In this document: positions 33,975-44,559 of the stretch, piece after piece
Layout of the letters: each line of letters begins with the position of its first letter
Position numbering within the stretch: position 1 is the first letter of the stretch
Assembly (NCBI GenBank): GCA_039804205.1
Contig: JBDRZY010000001.1
Span: 354,595-418,594 of the forward strand
Length of the DNA: 64,000 nucleotides
Direction: 5' to 3'
Source: a candidate division WOR-3 bacterium
GTDB lineage: Bacteria; Hydrothermota; 32-111
Made by a program: the position numbers and the translations under genes
The notes under the pieces: model-generated
Databases searched by the model: none
What the model saw: only the letters and a program-made list of their open reading frames with translations
Told to the model about the DNA's origin: nothing

Positions 33975-34626
33975 AATATGTTTTGATATCGAAACTTTTG
34001 GAATAGATGATGACCAGATCGATGAAAAAGTTTTAGAATATTTTCTGGATAAGGATAAAGATTTTAAAGAAAAAAAAGGGCTCTACCCTTCCTCTGGAAA
34101 AATTATTGCTCTTTCGATTCTTGATGCTGATCAAAAAATTATTGAAACATTTTACCAGTCATCACAGAATACACTTTTTGATAACAGTTGTGTTGATGAT
34201 TATAATGGTTATAAAAGAATATTCACTATAACAAACGAAAAGGAAATTTTGGAAAATTTTTACGATAGGGTTAAAAGATGTACAAGGTTTATCACTTTCA
34301 ATGGGTTAAGATTCGATTGTCCTTTCATAACTTTCAGGGCGATAATCAATGGTGTAAAACCTTCAAGGAATATCAATACCCCAAGATTTAAAAAGGAAGA
34401 GCACTATGATGTTTACGATGTTTTAACCTTGAGTGGTCTTTTGAAAGGTAACTCCCTTGATATATACTGCAAGGTTTTTGATATACCTTCTTCAAAGGTT
34501 AATATGTCTGGTAAGGATGTTGAAAAGTTTTATAGAGAGGAAAAATTTCTCGAAATTGCAAAATACTGTTCTATGGATGTTCTTTCAACCTATCTTCTAT
34601 ACCTTAAAATCAAAGATTATTTTTGA
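33967..34626 (+). CDS. PolB-like 3'-5' exonuclease (DEDDy)
   Basis: FDIET, FNG..FD.P, H.D, YC..DV motifs. Confidence 0.85.
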   Translation: MGEICFDIETFGIDDDQIDEKVLEYFLDKDKDFKEKKGLYPSSGKIIALSILDADQKIIETFYQSSQNTLFDNSCVDDYNGYKRIFTITNEKEILENFYDRVKRCTRFITFNGLRFDCPFITFRAIINGVKPSRNINTPRFKKEEHYDVYDVLTLSGLLKGNSLDIYCKVFDIPSSKVNMSGKDVEKFYREEKFLEIAKYCSMDVLSTYLLYLKIKDYF

Positions 34627-36620
34627 TACCTAATGACTCTATTTCTCCCAAGTTCTTTTGCCTTGTAGAGTGCAGTATCTGCAAAGTTTATCAAAAGGTT
34701 TTTATCCTTTGTATCATCTGGAAACAAAGAAAAACCGATGCTCACAGTAATGCTCAATTCTTCGTTTGACGAAATTGTGATTTTATTATCCTCGATCTTT
34801 TTTCTAATGTTTTCAAACACATTTTCAAAAGAATCGTCTTTTATATTTGTCAAAACTATAACGAACTCTTCTCCACCATACCTTGCAACAAGATCTGTTT
34901 TTCTCAGGGACTGTTGTAAAATGTTTGCAATATGTTTCAAAACCAGATCACCTATCTGATGTCCATAAGTATCATTGAATTTTTTGAAATAATCTATATC
35001 GAGAAGTCCAAGAGAGACCTTTTTATCTGTGCGTTGTGAATTCAAAAGGATTTTTGTGAGTTCATCTTGAAAAAATCTATGGTTATAGATTCCCGTTAAC
35101 CCATCTTTGATAGCAAGATCTTTTGTCTTCTGGTATAAAAATGATTTTTCGGATGCTGTTATCGTTATATCTGAGATAAAGTTTAAAAGAAATTTTTTTC
35201 CTGAATCGATCGAAAGATTATCATCGGATATCAAAACCAAAAATATTCTTTTTTCTTCATCAAGAAAAACAGGTATTGATATCGCTGAGTTAAAAAGTCC
35301 CACATTGTCACCTTTTTGAAAAAGATAGATTGGAATATCTCTATCGAGAAGATCGGTTTTATAAAAAACATTGTCCTGTTTGAAAGCAAGATGTAAAAAA
35401 CTATTTTCTGAAATCGTTTGAGGATATTTTTTTATGTTAGAATCTGTCATCAAAATCTTAAGATTCGACTTCTCAAAGGAAATAAGAAAATAGTTTGAAA
35501 AATCTATAATGACCCTTAAAGAACTTATTATTATTTTTATTATCTCTTCAAAATCAAGTGTTTTTGAAAGTTTATGTGTTATCTCGTTCAAAATCGAAAT
35601 CACTGTTGCTTCAGTTTTTGCCTGTTGAGCGTATTCTGCAAAGTTTAATATCATTCCAATCTGATCCGAGAAAAGTTTAATCGTTTGCATATCCTTATCT
35701 GTAAATTTTTCTTCTTCGGTATCATCAACATATAAAACCCCAACACATTCTCCAGATTTGATAACAGGTAAAGATATTATTGATCGTATGATCGTATTGT
35801 GTTTGTAAAGTGATAATTTTGAAATATCGCCTGTGAAAAAATTGTCCTTAATATTTTTCATGTCATTGACAACAGAATAAAGAAAATTTTCTTTATTGGA
35901 AACAGTTTTTTTAAGATTTATTTCTTCGTTCGAGAGTCCATGTTCTATAAAAAGGTAACCATTTTTTTTGTTTAAAAGGAAAAAAACTACACTTTTGTTG
36001 TTCAAAAGGATTTTTAAAGTTGAAAGGAGTGAAACTACAGCATCGTCTATGGTACTTAAAATTATTTTGTTTCTTTCAAGATCATCGTTTAAGATCTGCT
36101 CTTTTTGAAGCATAAATGGAGAAACATCGATGATTTTATTTTTAGATGAAAGATTTTCATACTTTTCTTCAAGGTTTCTTTTTTTAGATTTTTCTTTTCC
36201 ACTCAGTAGTAGAGTTATAAAAGTTGTTATAGTTATGACGGTTGAATAGAGTATCTTGTCACTGTTGTGAAAAAAAGTTCTTATCCATAAAAAGAGTGTG
36301 AATAGAAAGAAATAAAAATAAACCTTTTTTCTTTCATAATCTAAAATCGCAATCACTGTGGAAAGTGAAAGAAGGATAAAATAGAAAAACCAACCAAAAT
36401 TTTCGTTTAGAAATGGTACAAGAAAAGTTAAAGGAAGAAGAAATAACAGGTGATTTGGATAGAAAAAAAATCTTATGAAATAGAATAAAAGAAAAAATAG
36501 AAAAATTAAACCCAGAAATATTTGTGCAAAGTTGTTTATTTCAAAAGAAACGGTCAGATTCAGAATTGCGGAAATTATAAATAGTAACAGGATCGAAAGG
36601 TTAAGGTTGAGATCTCTCAT
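34617..36620 (-). CDS. Membrane-bound GAF-GAF-GGDEF diguanylate cyclase
   Basis: N-terminal TMs, GAF motifs, DGLTG.YN, DID.FK..ND..GH, RxxD I-site (RKTD), GGEEF. Confidence 0.93.
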   Translation of the reverse strand: MRDLNLNLSILLLFIISAILNLTVSFEINNFAQIFLGLIFLFFLLFYFIRFFFYPNHLLFLLPLTFLVPFLNENFGWFFYFILLSLSTVIAILDYERKKVYFYFFLFTLFLWIRTFFHNSDKILYSTVITITTFITLLLSGKEKSKKRNLEEKYENLSSKNKIIDVSPFMLQKEQILNDDLERNKIILSTIDDAVVSLLSTLKILLNNKSVVFFLLNKKNGYLFIEHGLSNEEINLKKTVSNKENFLYSVVNDMKNIKDNFFTGDISKLSLYKHNTIIRSIISLPVIKSGECVGVLYVDDTEEEKFTDKDMQTIKLFSDQIGMILNFAEYAQQAKTEATVISILNEITHKLSKTLDFEEIIKIIISSLRVIIDFSNYFLISFEKSNLKILMTDSNIKKYPQTISENSFLHLAFKQDNVFYKTDLLDRDIPIYLFQKGDNVGLFNSAISIPVFLDEEKRIFLVLISDDNLSIDSGKKFLLNFISDITITASEKSFLYQKTKDLAIKDGLTGIYNHRFFQDELTKILLNSQRTDKKVSLGLLDIDYFKKFNDTYGHQIGDLVLKHIANILQQSLRKTDLVARYGGEEFVIVLTNIKDDSFENVFENIRKKIEDNKITISSNEELSITVSIGFSLFPDDTKDKNLLINFADTALYKAKELGRNRVIRYQK

Positions 36621-36628
36621 AAAAAATT

Positions 36629-36657
36629 ATTATATTGGTATGATTCAAAATAGTCAA
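36629..36657 (-). promoter_or_regulatory. Sigma70 promoter of the diguanylate cyclase gene, probably leaderless
   Basis: Minus strand TTGACT-17-TATAAT; ATG 8 nt downstream, no SD. Confidence 0.65.
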
Positions 36658-36665
36658 TTAAAATA

Positions 36666-36693
36666 TTGATTTTTAATAAAATAGGTTTATATT
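36666..36693 (+). promoter_or_regulatory. Sigma70 promoter of dnaG, probably leaderless
   Basis: TTGATT-16-TATATT; ATG 6 nt downstream, no SD. Confidence 0.55.
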
Positions 36694-36699
36694 AAATTT

Positions 36700-38403
36700 A
36701 TGCTCAACTATGAAGACCTAATTTTTAAAATAAAAGAGTTAAATCCAATAGATTCTGTTGTTTCAGAGTATGTAAAATTAAAAAAAAGTGGAAGTTCACT
36801 GAAGGGTTTATGTCCTTTTCATTCAGAAAAAACACCCTCCTTTTTCGTTCATCCACAAAGAGGTTTTTTTCATTGTTTTGGTTGTGGAAAGGGAGGTGAT
36901 GTTATAACTTTTATCCAGTTTATTGAAAATGTTGATTTTAAAGATGCTGTTGAAATACTTGCTAGAAAAAGCGGAATCAATATTAAAAGTTATTTAAAAA
37001 CTCAGGAAAGAGGTGTAGCATCGATAATTTTTGAAGTCAATAGATTTGCCAGTGATGTATATCATAAAAGTTTAAAAAAAAATAAAAAAGTTCTTTCCTA
37101 TCTTGAACAAAGAGGTTTGAACGAGGAAGACATTTCTATGTTTATGCTTGGATACGCTGATGGAGAGAGAACACTTTTGAAAAATATAAAAGAGAGTAAA
37201 CTGAATATAGAAGATTTTATAAAGGCAGGATTGGTCACAAAAAATGAGGATGGGAAATATAGGGAGGTTTTTTATAACAGGATAATGTTTCCAATTTTTT
37301 CTATAACTGGAAACATTCTTGGGTTTGGTGGAAGAGTTCTTGGTGATGAACTACCAAAGTATGTTAATACACAACAAACACCGGTTTATAAAAAGGGAGA
37401 TTTTCTTTATGGATTGAATTTGAGTAGAAAATTTATAGCTGAGGAAAACTACGCAATTCTTGTTGAAGGTTATATGGATTTTATATCCCTTTATAAAAGT
37501 GGTATAAAAAACATTGTTGCTCAACTTGGAACTGCGTGTACGGAAAATCAGGCAAAAATTTTAAAAAAATTCTGTGAAAAGGTCGTTTTAATGTACGATT
37601 CAGATGATGCAGGGCAGAATGCTACGATGAGGTCGATCCCAATACTTTTAAAGGAAGGTTTGATAGTTGAGGTTTATAAAAATGAAAAGTTTAAAGATCC
37701 AGACGAACTTGTAAAAAATACTCAAAAGATAACACATGAGTTTTTGAACAAAGATTTTGTTGATATTGTTAAGTTTTCAAGGGATTATTTTTTTAAAAAG
37801 GAAAAAGATGTGATGCTATCAAAGAAACATCTTTTAACATTTCTGTCATCTTCAATAAATGGAATTGAAGATAAATCTCTAAAATTTTTATACAGGGATA
37901 TGGTCAAAAAAGAGCTGGGTTTTGAAGTGAATCTTGAAGAAGGTAAAGAGTCAAAAAAAATAAAGGAAGAAAAAAATGATGCAGGTCTTGTAAATGTTTA
38001 TCTTGATATAGTATCTTTGATGCTTGTGGATAAAAATATCTGTAAAACTTTTTGCTCTGAAATAGAAGAAGAGGATTTTCTTGATCTTAACCTCAAAGGT
38101 GTTTTTGTTTCAGTGTGCAACTCCATCGAGGAAAAGTGGGAAAATAATGTTGATTTTTTATTAAAGAATGATAAAATTATAAATCTTAAAAATAAAATTA
38201 TTGAAAGGATGGATTACTACTCAAGCAATCTTCCGGATGAGAAGAAGATCAAAGACATTCTTTCAATATTGAAGAGAAAAAAACTTGAAAGAAAGATAAA
38301 GGAAATAGAAACTCAAATTAAAAACTGTACAGATGAAGAGGAAAGGGATAGATTGCTTGAGATCAAGATTCTTATTCAAAAAAAACTTAAAGGGGGAAAA
38401 TAA
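36700..38403 (+). CDS. dnaG: DNA primase
   Basis: CPFH.EKTPSF..CFGC zinc finger, FGGR, KY.N, VEGYMD, YDSDDAG, KDPDE. Confidence 0.97.
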   Translation: MLNYEDLIFKIKELNPIDSVVSEYVKLKKSGSSLKGLCPFHSEKTPSFFVHPQRGFFHCFGCGKGGDVITFIQFIENVDFKDAVEILARKSGINIKSYLKTQERGVASIIFEVNRFASDVYHKSLKKNKKVLSYLEQRGLNEEDISMFMLGYADGERTLLKNIKESKLNIEDFIKAGLVTKNEDGKYREVFYNRIMFPIFSITGNILGFGGRVLGDELPKYVNTQQTPVYKKGDFLYGLNLSRKFIAEENYAILVEGYMDFISLYKSGIKNIVAQLGTACTENQAKILKKFCEKVVLMYDSDDAGQNATMRSIPILLKEGLIVEVYKNEKFKDPDELVKNTQKITHEFLNKDFVDIVKFSRDYFFKKEKDVMLSKKHLLTFLSSSINGIEDKSLKFLYRDMVKKELGFEVNLEEGKESKKIKEEKNDAGLVNVYLDIVSLMLVDKNICKTFCSEIEEEDFLDLNLKGVFVSVCNSIEEKWENNVDFLLKNDKIINLKNKIIERMDYYSSNLPDEKKIKDILSILKRKKLERKIKEIETQIKNCTDEEERDRLLEIKILIQKKLKGGK

Positions 38404-40137
38404 ATGGTTAAAAATAGCAAGAACTACGATCCTCTTGATGAGATTATCGAGATGATAGTTAAAGAAAGTTCCAGCGGAGGAGAACTTTCCTATCAGAAAT
38501 TGAATGAGATTCTGCCCGATGATTTCAGAGTTGATCTTATAGAGACACTGATTAAGAGGATGCAAAGTCTTGGAATAGTTCTTGTTGAAGATGAAACCGA
38601 AAAAACTATCGGAGAATCATATATTAGAGGTGAAGATGAGAAGAGGGAAGCAGAGGAGGTCAGAAACGATGACCCAATAAAAATGTATCTTAACGAGATG
38701 AAATCAATAGACCTTTTGACAAAAGAAGAGGAGATAGAAATTTCAAAACTGATAGAGGAAGGAAGAAGAGGGATACTGACAAACCTTTTTTCAGTTGAAA
38801 AAACATTTTCATACCTTGATGAATTTTTCAACAGGGTTGTTGTTGAAGGTGAATCGATCGATCAGTATTTTCATATCGAGGATCCAAAAATCTCATCAGA
38901 GCTTTCACAGAAGAAAAAGATCCAGAGGTTAAAAAATATATACGCGAAAGTTAAAGAGAGTTTAAAAAAGATAAAAGAGTTGAAAAAAGGTTATGCTAAG
39001 ATGAGAAAGGAAGAAAAAATCGCTACCGATCAGAAAGTTGAGAAAGTTTTTAAAAATCTCATCGGTTATATAGAGGAACTCCAGTTGAATCCTTTGCTTT
39101 TGAACCAGTACATAAAAGAGTACAGGGAATTATCAAAAGAGATAGAGTTTGAAAAGGAAAAGTTGAGAATGATCGAAAAGAGGTTTGATGCTACTATAGA
39201 TGATATTTTAAAAAATGCAAAAGCACAGGGAACTGTTCCACTGAAATACAAAAGAAAGAATATTAAAAGGGAAGATTTCAAAAATGCCTCATTTGAGATA
39301 GAGAGGATACAGAACAAAATTAAAGATTATGAACAGAATTTAAAATGTGATTGTGATGAGTTCTGCAAAATAGTTAAAAATCTTAACGAGTATGAAAGAA
39401 AACTCAACAGAGCAAAAGAGAGGATGATGGAATCGAATGTGAGACTTGTTATTTCGATAGCGAAAAGATACACCAACAGAGGGCTTGAATTTATGGATCT
39501 TATACAGGAAGGTAATGTTGGTTTGATGAAAGCGGTTGAAAAATTTGATTATCAGAAAGGGTACAAATTCAGCACATACGCTACTTGGTGGATCAGACAA
39601 TCGATCACAAGAGCGATTGCAGATCAAGCGAGAACGATAAGAGTTCCAGTCCATATGATCGAAGTTATGCATAAGGTTGTTAAGGTGACAAGAAATCTGA
39701 TGCAGGAACTTGGAAGAGAACCATCCGAAGAAGAGATAGCTGAAAAACTTGATATGCCACTTGAAAAGATAAAGAGTGTCTACAAGATAGCACAGGAAAC
39801 GATATCGCTTGACAAACCAATAGGTGATAGTGATGAATCAAAATTCAGTGATGTCATCGAGGATGTTGATCAGAAATCTCCACAACATCATGCGATGCTT
39901 TCGATGCTGAGAGAAAAACTTGATCTTGTGCTCTCGGATCTTTCTCCAAGACAGCAGACGGTTTTAAAGTTGAGGTTCGGTTTGCAGGATGGTTATCAGA
40001 GAACACTTGAAGAGGTTGGAGAGATACTCGATGTCACAAGGGAGAGGGTTAGACAGATAGAGGCAAAAGCGCTTGAAAAACTCGCTCATAAAAATAGAGC
40101 GGATATGTTAAGACCATTTTTGGATATCGAATCATGA
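38404..40137 (+). CDS. rpoD: Primary sigma factor sigma70 with region 1.1 and large non-conserved region
   Basis: [39 protein letters not shown]...[10 protein letters not shown]. Confidence 0.97.
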   Translation: MVKNSKNYDPLDEIIEMIVKESSSGGELSYQKLNEILPDDFRVDLIETLIKRMQSLGIVLVEDETEKTIGESYIRGEDEKREAEEVRNDDPIKMYLNEMKSIDLLTKEEEIEISKLIEEGRRGILTNLFSVEKTFSYLDEFFNRVVVEGESIDQYFHIEDPKISSELSQKKKIQRLKNIYAKVKESLKKIKELKKGYAKMRKEEKIATDQKVEKVFKNLIGYIEELQLNPLLLNQYIKEYRELSKEIEFEKEKLRMIEKRFDATIDDILKNAKAQGTVPLKYKRKNIKREDFKNASFEIERIQNKIKDYEQNLKCDCDEFCKIVKNLNEYERKLNRAKERMMESNVRLVISIAKRYTNRGLEFMDLIQEGNVGLMKAVEKFDYQKGYKFSTYATWWIRQSITRAIADQARTIRVPVHMIEVMHKVVKVTRNLMQELGREPSEEEIAEKLDMPLEKIKSVYKIAQETISLDKPIGDSDESKFSDVIEDVDQKSPQHHAMLSMLREKLDLVLSDLSPRQQTVLKLRFGLQDGYQRTLEEVGEILDVTRERVRQIEAKALEKLAHKNRADMLRPFLDIES

Positions 40138-41567
40138 GAATTCTATTCGAATCAAACATTTTTGATGGAAAAGGTTTTAAAAATTTTCTTGTGGTTGAAA
40201 ACGGAAAAGTTTTTTCTTTAGAGAATGAAAAATGTGAAGTTTTTGATAAGCATATAGTTTTAAAGAACAAATATATCTATCCTTCCTTTTTTGATTCACA
40301 CACTCATATGATCTGGTATGGACTCAACCTTTTAAGGTGTAATCTAACAGGTGTGATGAGTGTTGATGAAATCATAGATAGGATCAAAAAGTATCTGAAA
40401 GATAACAGTGATTTGAAATTTGTTATAGCAGAAGGTTATGATGAAACAAAGTTTTTAAAAAAGGAAAAACTCGATAAAAAAATTCTTGATCAACATTTCA
40501 AAGATATTCCCGTTATCGTAAGAAGAGTTTGTGGGCATATCGCCGTTTTCAACAGTGAAGCGATAGAATTTTTAAAAGGTTTTGAAAATTTTAAAGATTT
40601 TAAAGAAGATGGAGTTTTAAAGGAAGGTATAGTTTTAAAACTGAACACAATTTTCAAACCTGAAAAAAAAGAACTTTTTAAAGCGTTCAGAGTTGCTCAG
40701 GAAAAATTTTTATCACTCGGTATTACATCTGTTTCAGATATGGCTACTTTTGATTCACTCGATGTTTACAGGGAAACTGATAGTATTCTTGATATATTTT
40801 TTTATTTCCCCTGGGAGAACGAAAAAAAACTCTCAGAATGGAAAGATAGAGATAGAATAAAGTTGAAAGGTTTGAAAATTTTTACTGATGGATCTATAGG
40901 TGCTTTTACCGCCGCTTTATATAAAAACTACAGGAATGGTCAAAGAGGAAAAATTTTTATAAGTGAAAAAGATTTTAAACAGATAGTTTCACTTGCAAAA
41001 GAGAAAAATTATCAACTCGCTATACATTCGATAGGAGACCGAGCAACAGATTTTGTTCTCAAGAATCTATCAGATCCAGAAGGTCATAGAATAGAACATT
41101 TTGAAATCTCTTCAAAAGAACAGATAGAAAAGGTTAAAGAAAAAGGTATATTCCTTTCGATGCAACCGAATTTTATTGGAAACTGGGGTTTAAAAGGTCA
41201 GATGTATGAGGAGAGGTTGAGTAAAAATTATTTTGAATTTAACAATGTGTTTGGATACATTTTTAATAAGAAAATACCTTTGGGTTTCGGATCAGATTGT
41301 ATGCCTCCTTCGCCACTTTACGGTTTAAATTCTTTAAGGAAAGCTCTTTTTGAAGAACAAAGGATTGATTTTATTGATGGATTCAGGTGTTATACTGAAG
41401 GTAGTGCGAAAATCGTTAAAGAAGGGAAAAAACTTGGGAAACTTTTAAAAGGTTTTAAAGCCGATTTTATAGTTACAGATAAAAGAATAGATGAAGATGG
41501 TGTAAAAATAGTTGAAACTTATAAAGAAGGCAATCTTGTTTTCAAATCTAAAAAGGAGAGAATATGA
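40134..41567 (+). CDS. Amidohydrolase 3 (YtcJ-like)
   Basis: DSHTH, K.FTDGS.G..TA, HSIGD, RIEH, GSD.P, G..ADF. Confidence 0.88.
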   Translation: MRILFESNIFDGKGFKNFLVVENGKVFSLENEKCEVFDKHIVLKNKYIYPSFFDSHTHMIWYGLNLLRCNLTGVMSVDEIIDRIKKYLKDNSDLKFVIAEGYDETKFLKKEKLDKKILDQHFKDIPVIVRRVCGHIAVFNSEAIEFLKGFENFKDFKEDGVLKEGIVLKLNTIFKPEKKELFKAFRVAQEKFLSLGITSVSDMATFDSLDVYRETDSILDIFFYFPWENEKKLSEWKDRDRIKLKGLKIFTDGSIGAFTAALYKNYRNGQRGKIFISEKDFKQIVSLAKEKNYQLAIHSIGDRATDFVLKNLSDPEGHRIEHFEISSKEQIEKVKEKGIFLSMQPNFIGNWGLKGQMYEERLSKNYFEFNNVFGYIFNKKIPLGFGSDCMPPSPLYGLNSLRKALFEEQRIDFIDGFRCYTEGSAKIVKEGKKLGKLLKGFKADFIVTDKRIDEDGVKIVETYKEGNLVFKSKKERI

Positions 41568-42469
41568 TACTTTTATGGTTTTTTATCATTTTTGCTGTTA
41601 TTATTTTTTTATCAAAGGCAGTCATCATTGTCCGTCAGGCAGAGGTTGTGATAATAGAAAGGTTTGGTAAATACAGAGCAACATTGAAAAGTGGAATACA
41701 TGTGATAATACCTATTATCGATACAATAAGACCGATAGCGTTTGGGCCAAGGTATCTTGTGAGAATAGATTTAAGGGAACAGGTTCTCGATTTCCCACCT
41801 CAACCTGTCATAACAAAAGATAATGTAACGATGCAAATCGATACGGTTATATATTATCAGATAACTGAACCATACAAAGCGATGTATGAGATAACAAACA
41901 TTGTTTATGCTATAGAGAAGTTAACGATTACAACTTTGAGAAATGTCATAGGCGATCTCACTCTTGATGAAACTCTCGTTTCAAGGGCAAAAATAAACAG
42001 TGAACTTCAGGTTATACTTGATGACGCAACGAACAAATGGGGAGTTAAAGTTAACAGAGTTGAACTTAAAAACATAAACCCACCGGATGAGATACAGGAA
42101 GCGATGACAAAGCAGATGAAGGCGGAAAGAGAGAAAAGAGCCACAATACTTCTTGCTGAAGGTGAGAAACAGTCAAAAATCTTGATCGCTGAAGGAGAAA
42201 GAGAGAGTAAAATAAAAGTGGCAGAAGGTGAACAACAGGCGCAGATACTGGTTGCATTAGGTCAAGCACAGGCGATAAAGTCAGTTTTTCAGGCGATACA
42301 TGATGGCAAAGCAACGAATGATGTTATAACTTTGAAATATCTTGAAACACTTGAAAAGATTGCAAACGGAAACGGTTCAAAAATATTTATTCCATATGAA
42401 GCAACAGGCATCTTATCGTCGTTGGGAAGTTTAAAAGAACTTTTTAAGGAAGATGGTAAAAAACAATAA
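41564..42469 (+). CDS. SPFH/band 7 (QmcA/stomatin-like) protein
   Basis: ERFGKY, DLRE...PPQ.VITKDN, WGVKV.RVE, QMKAEREKRA..AEG repeats. Confidence 0.93.
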   Translation: MILLWFFIIFAVIIFLSKAVIIVRQAEVVIIERFGKYRATLKSGIHVIIPIIDTIRPIAFGPRYLVRIDLREQVLDFPPQPVITKDNVTMQIDTVIYYQITEPYKAMYEITNIVYAIEKLTITTLRNVIGDLTLDETLVSRAKINSELQVILDDATNKWGVKVNRVELKNINPPDEIQEAMTKQMKAEREKRATILLAEGEKQSKILIAEGERESKIKVAEGEQQAQILVALGQAQAIKSVFQAIHDGKATNDVITLKYLETLEKIANGNGSKIFIPYEATGILSSLGSLKELFKEDGKKQ

Positions 42470-43298
42470 TTTTTTTGATATAATTAAACTTTTAAGAATA
42501 AACAACGCTTTGATTGGTGGGTTTGGTGTTTTTGTTTCATATTTGCTTGTAAAATTCAATCTAAAAGATTCTCGATTATATTTAGGTATACTCGCTGTAT
42601 TTTTTGTAATGTTCGCTGGTAACATAATAAACGATATATTCGATCTTGAAACAGATAGAATAAACAAACCCCAAAGACCGCTTGTGAAGTCAAAGTTCAA
42701 CATAAAATTTATATATTTAATCTATTTTTTGTTTTCAATTTTATCATTTTTTATATCTTTCTTTTTATCGTGGAAATTACTTTTTATAGTTGTTTTTTCA
42801 ACAGTGATACTTTACCTGTATTCTTATAAACTAAAAAGGATACCTTTTTTAGGGAATCTTATAATTTCTCTTCTTTCGGGACTACTCTTTATTTTTGGTT
42901 CTGAAATAGCAGGTGATATATCAAAAGGTATTTTCCCTGCTTTGTTTGCCTTCTTTATGACACTCGGTAGAGAAATTTTGAAAGATATTGAGGATATCAA
43001 CGGAGATAAGTATATAGGAAGGAAGACATTACCGATAGTTTTAGGTGAGGAGAATTCACTTTTTGTTGCTATTTTTGTGTTCACCATCCTTATTGTCCTG
43101 ACTTTTATCCCCTATCTTTTAGGGATATACAACAAATTGTATATGCTCGTTGCGTTCTTTGGTGTTGATCTTATCATAATAGTTATGCTTTTGATATTTT
43201 ATATATTCAACGATTTAAAGACCAAAAGGGTTGTAAACACTTTGATAAAATACGATATGCTTATAGGACTTGTTGCGATATTTCTTGGAGGAAAATGA
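42453..43298 (+). CDS. UbiA-family protein of the digeranylgeranylglyceryl-phosphate (DGGGP) synthase type
   Basis: NDIFDLETDRINKPQRPL, YS..LK...GN, GREILKDIEDINGD...TLP. Confidence 0.82.
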   Translation: MVKNNNFFDIIKLLRINNALIGGFGVFVSYLLVKFNLKDSRLYLGILAVFFVMFAGNIINDIFDLETDRINKPQRPLVKSKFNIKFIYLIYFLFSILSFFISFFLSWKLLFIVVFSTVILYLYSYKLKRIPFLGNLIISLLSGLLFIFGSEIAGDISKGIFPALFAFFMTLGREILKDIEDINGDKYIGRKTLPIVLGEENSLFVAIFVFTILIVLTFIPYLLGIYNKLYMLVAFFGVDLIIIVMLLIFYIFNDLKTKRVVNTLIKYDMLIGLVAIFLGGK

Positions 43299-44089
43299 AA
43301 GAACTTTTTTACCATTCACTGTTTGGTTTTGTTCAAGGGATCACAGAATTTTTACCTGTCTCCTCTTCAGGTCACATTGCGATTCTGAAAAATATCTTTG
43401 GAATCACAACGAAAAATCTTTTTTTTGAAACATCTTTACATCTCGGAACATTCTTTTCACTGTTGGTTTTCTTTAGAACAAAAATAATTGACCTTTTAAA
43501 AGGTATATATTTTGATTTAAAGTATCAAAAGGTGAAAAAAGAAAATATAAATTTTGCATCACTTGTTCTTATCGGCATAATTCCTGCTGCAGTTTTTGGT
43601 TTTTTCTTGAACGATTTTGTTGAAAAGGTTTTTTCAGATCTTTTTTTGATAGGGATCTTTTATCTCATACTCTCTCTGATCCTTTTTTCAACAAAGTTTT
43701 CAAAAAATAGGATGAAGAGTGTGAGCATTTTTGAGTCAATAGTTATCGGATTGTTTCAAACAGTATCGCTTTTGCCCGGGATTTCAAGATCTGGAACAAC
43801 TATCTCAACAGCACTTTTTCTTGGTGTTGAACCTGAAAAGGCATCCGATTTTTCTTTTTTTATGGCTATGCCTATAATTCTTGGTTCTTTCATCAAAGAG
43901 TTTATAGATGTGAAATTCTTTTTTGATATGAACATATTTGTAGGAATTGTTATCTCATTTTTGACAGGTTATTTAGCTCTGATTCTGCTTTACAGGATAT
44001 TGAAAAGTAAAAGATTTTATCTTTTTTCAATATATACTTTTTTGATCGGATTGTTTTTAGTGTTATGGAAGATAAAAGAATTCTTTTGA
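43295..44089 (+). CDS. uppP: Undecaprenyl-diphosphate phosphatase
   Basis: QGITEFLPVSSSGH, LPGISRSGTTI, FSF.M..P. Confidence 0.95.
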   Translation: MKELFYHSLFGFVQGITEFLPVSSSGHIAILKNIFGITTKNLFFETSLHLGTFFSLLVFFRTKIIDLLKGIYFDLKYQKVKKENINFASLVLIGIIPAAVFGFFLNDFVEKVFSDLFLIGIFYLILSLILFSTKFSKNRMKSVSIFESIVIGLFQTVSLLPGISRSGTTISTALFLGVEPEKASDFSFFMAMPIILGSFIKEFIDVKFFFDMNIFVGIVISFLTGYLALILLYRILKSKRFYLFSIYTFLIGLFLVLWKIKEFF

Positions 44090-44559
44090 TATCCGATACT
44101 CATAACGATATTGGATCTTTCAAATCTTTGAAAGAAAGGTATGAAAGAGAAAGGTTTTTAGCAACCATTCATCTTGGTGATGTTGTTGACTTTAACAACC
44201 TTTCGATCATAAGGGATCTTTCGGATGAGTTTTATCTTGTAAAGGGTAACAACGATAGATTGGATCTTGTAACATCAAAAATTTTAAGGGATCTATCCAT
44301 ATCGTTTTCAACATCCCCTTTCGAAATTTTTCTGGAACCATTTGGATACATAATTTTGATGCATGAACCGTTTTTTTTGAATGATTACATTCAAAAAGAG
44401 CATCCAAAATATATCTTTTATGGGCATACCCATAAAATTGAATCAAAAGTTGAAAATGGGAAAATTGTTGTGAATCCTGGAGCGTTATCACTTTTCCTTT
44501 CGAAAGAAAAAACTTATGCGTTAATAGATAAAAAAGGGGTTAGATTTGAAAAAGTTTAA
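44065..44559 (+). CDS. YfcE-type metallophosphoesterase
   Basis: SDTH, HLGD, GNND, GHTH, NPG. Confidence 0.88.
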   Translation: MEDKRILLISDTHNDIGSFKSLKERYERERFLATIHLGDVVDFNNLSIIRDLSDEFYLVKGNNDRLDLVTSKILRDLSISFSTSPFEIFLEPFGYIILMHEPFFLNDYIQKEHPKYIFYGHTHKIESKVENGKIVVNPGALSLFLSKEKTYALIDKKGVRFEKV

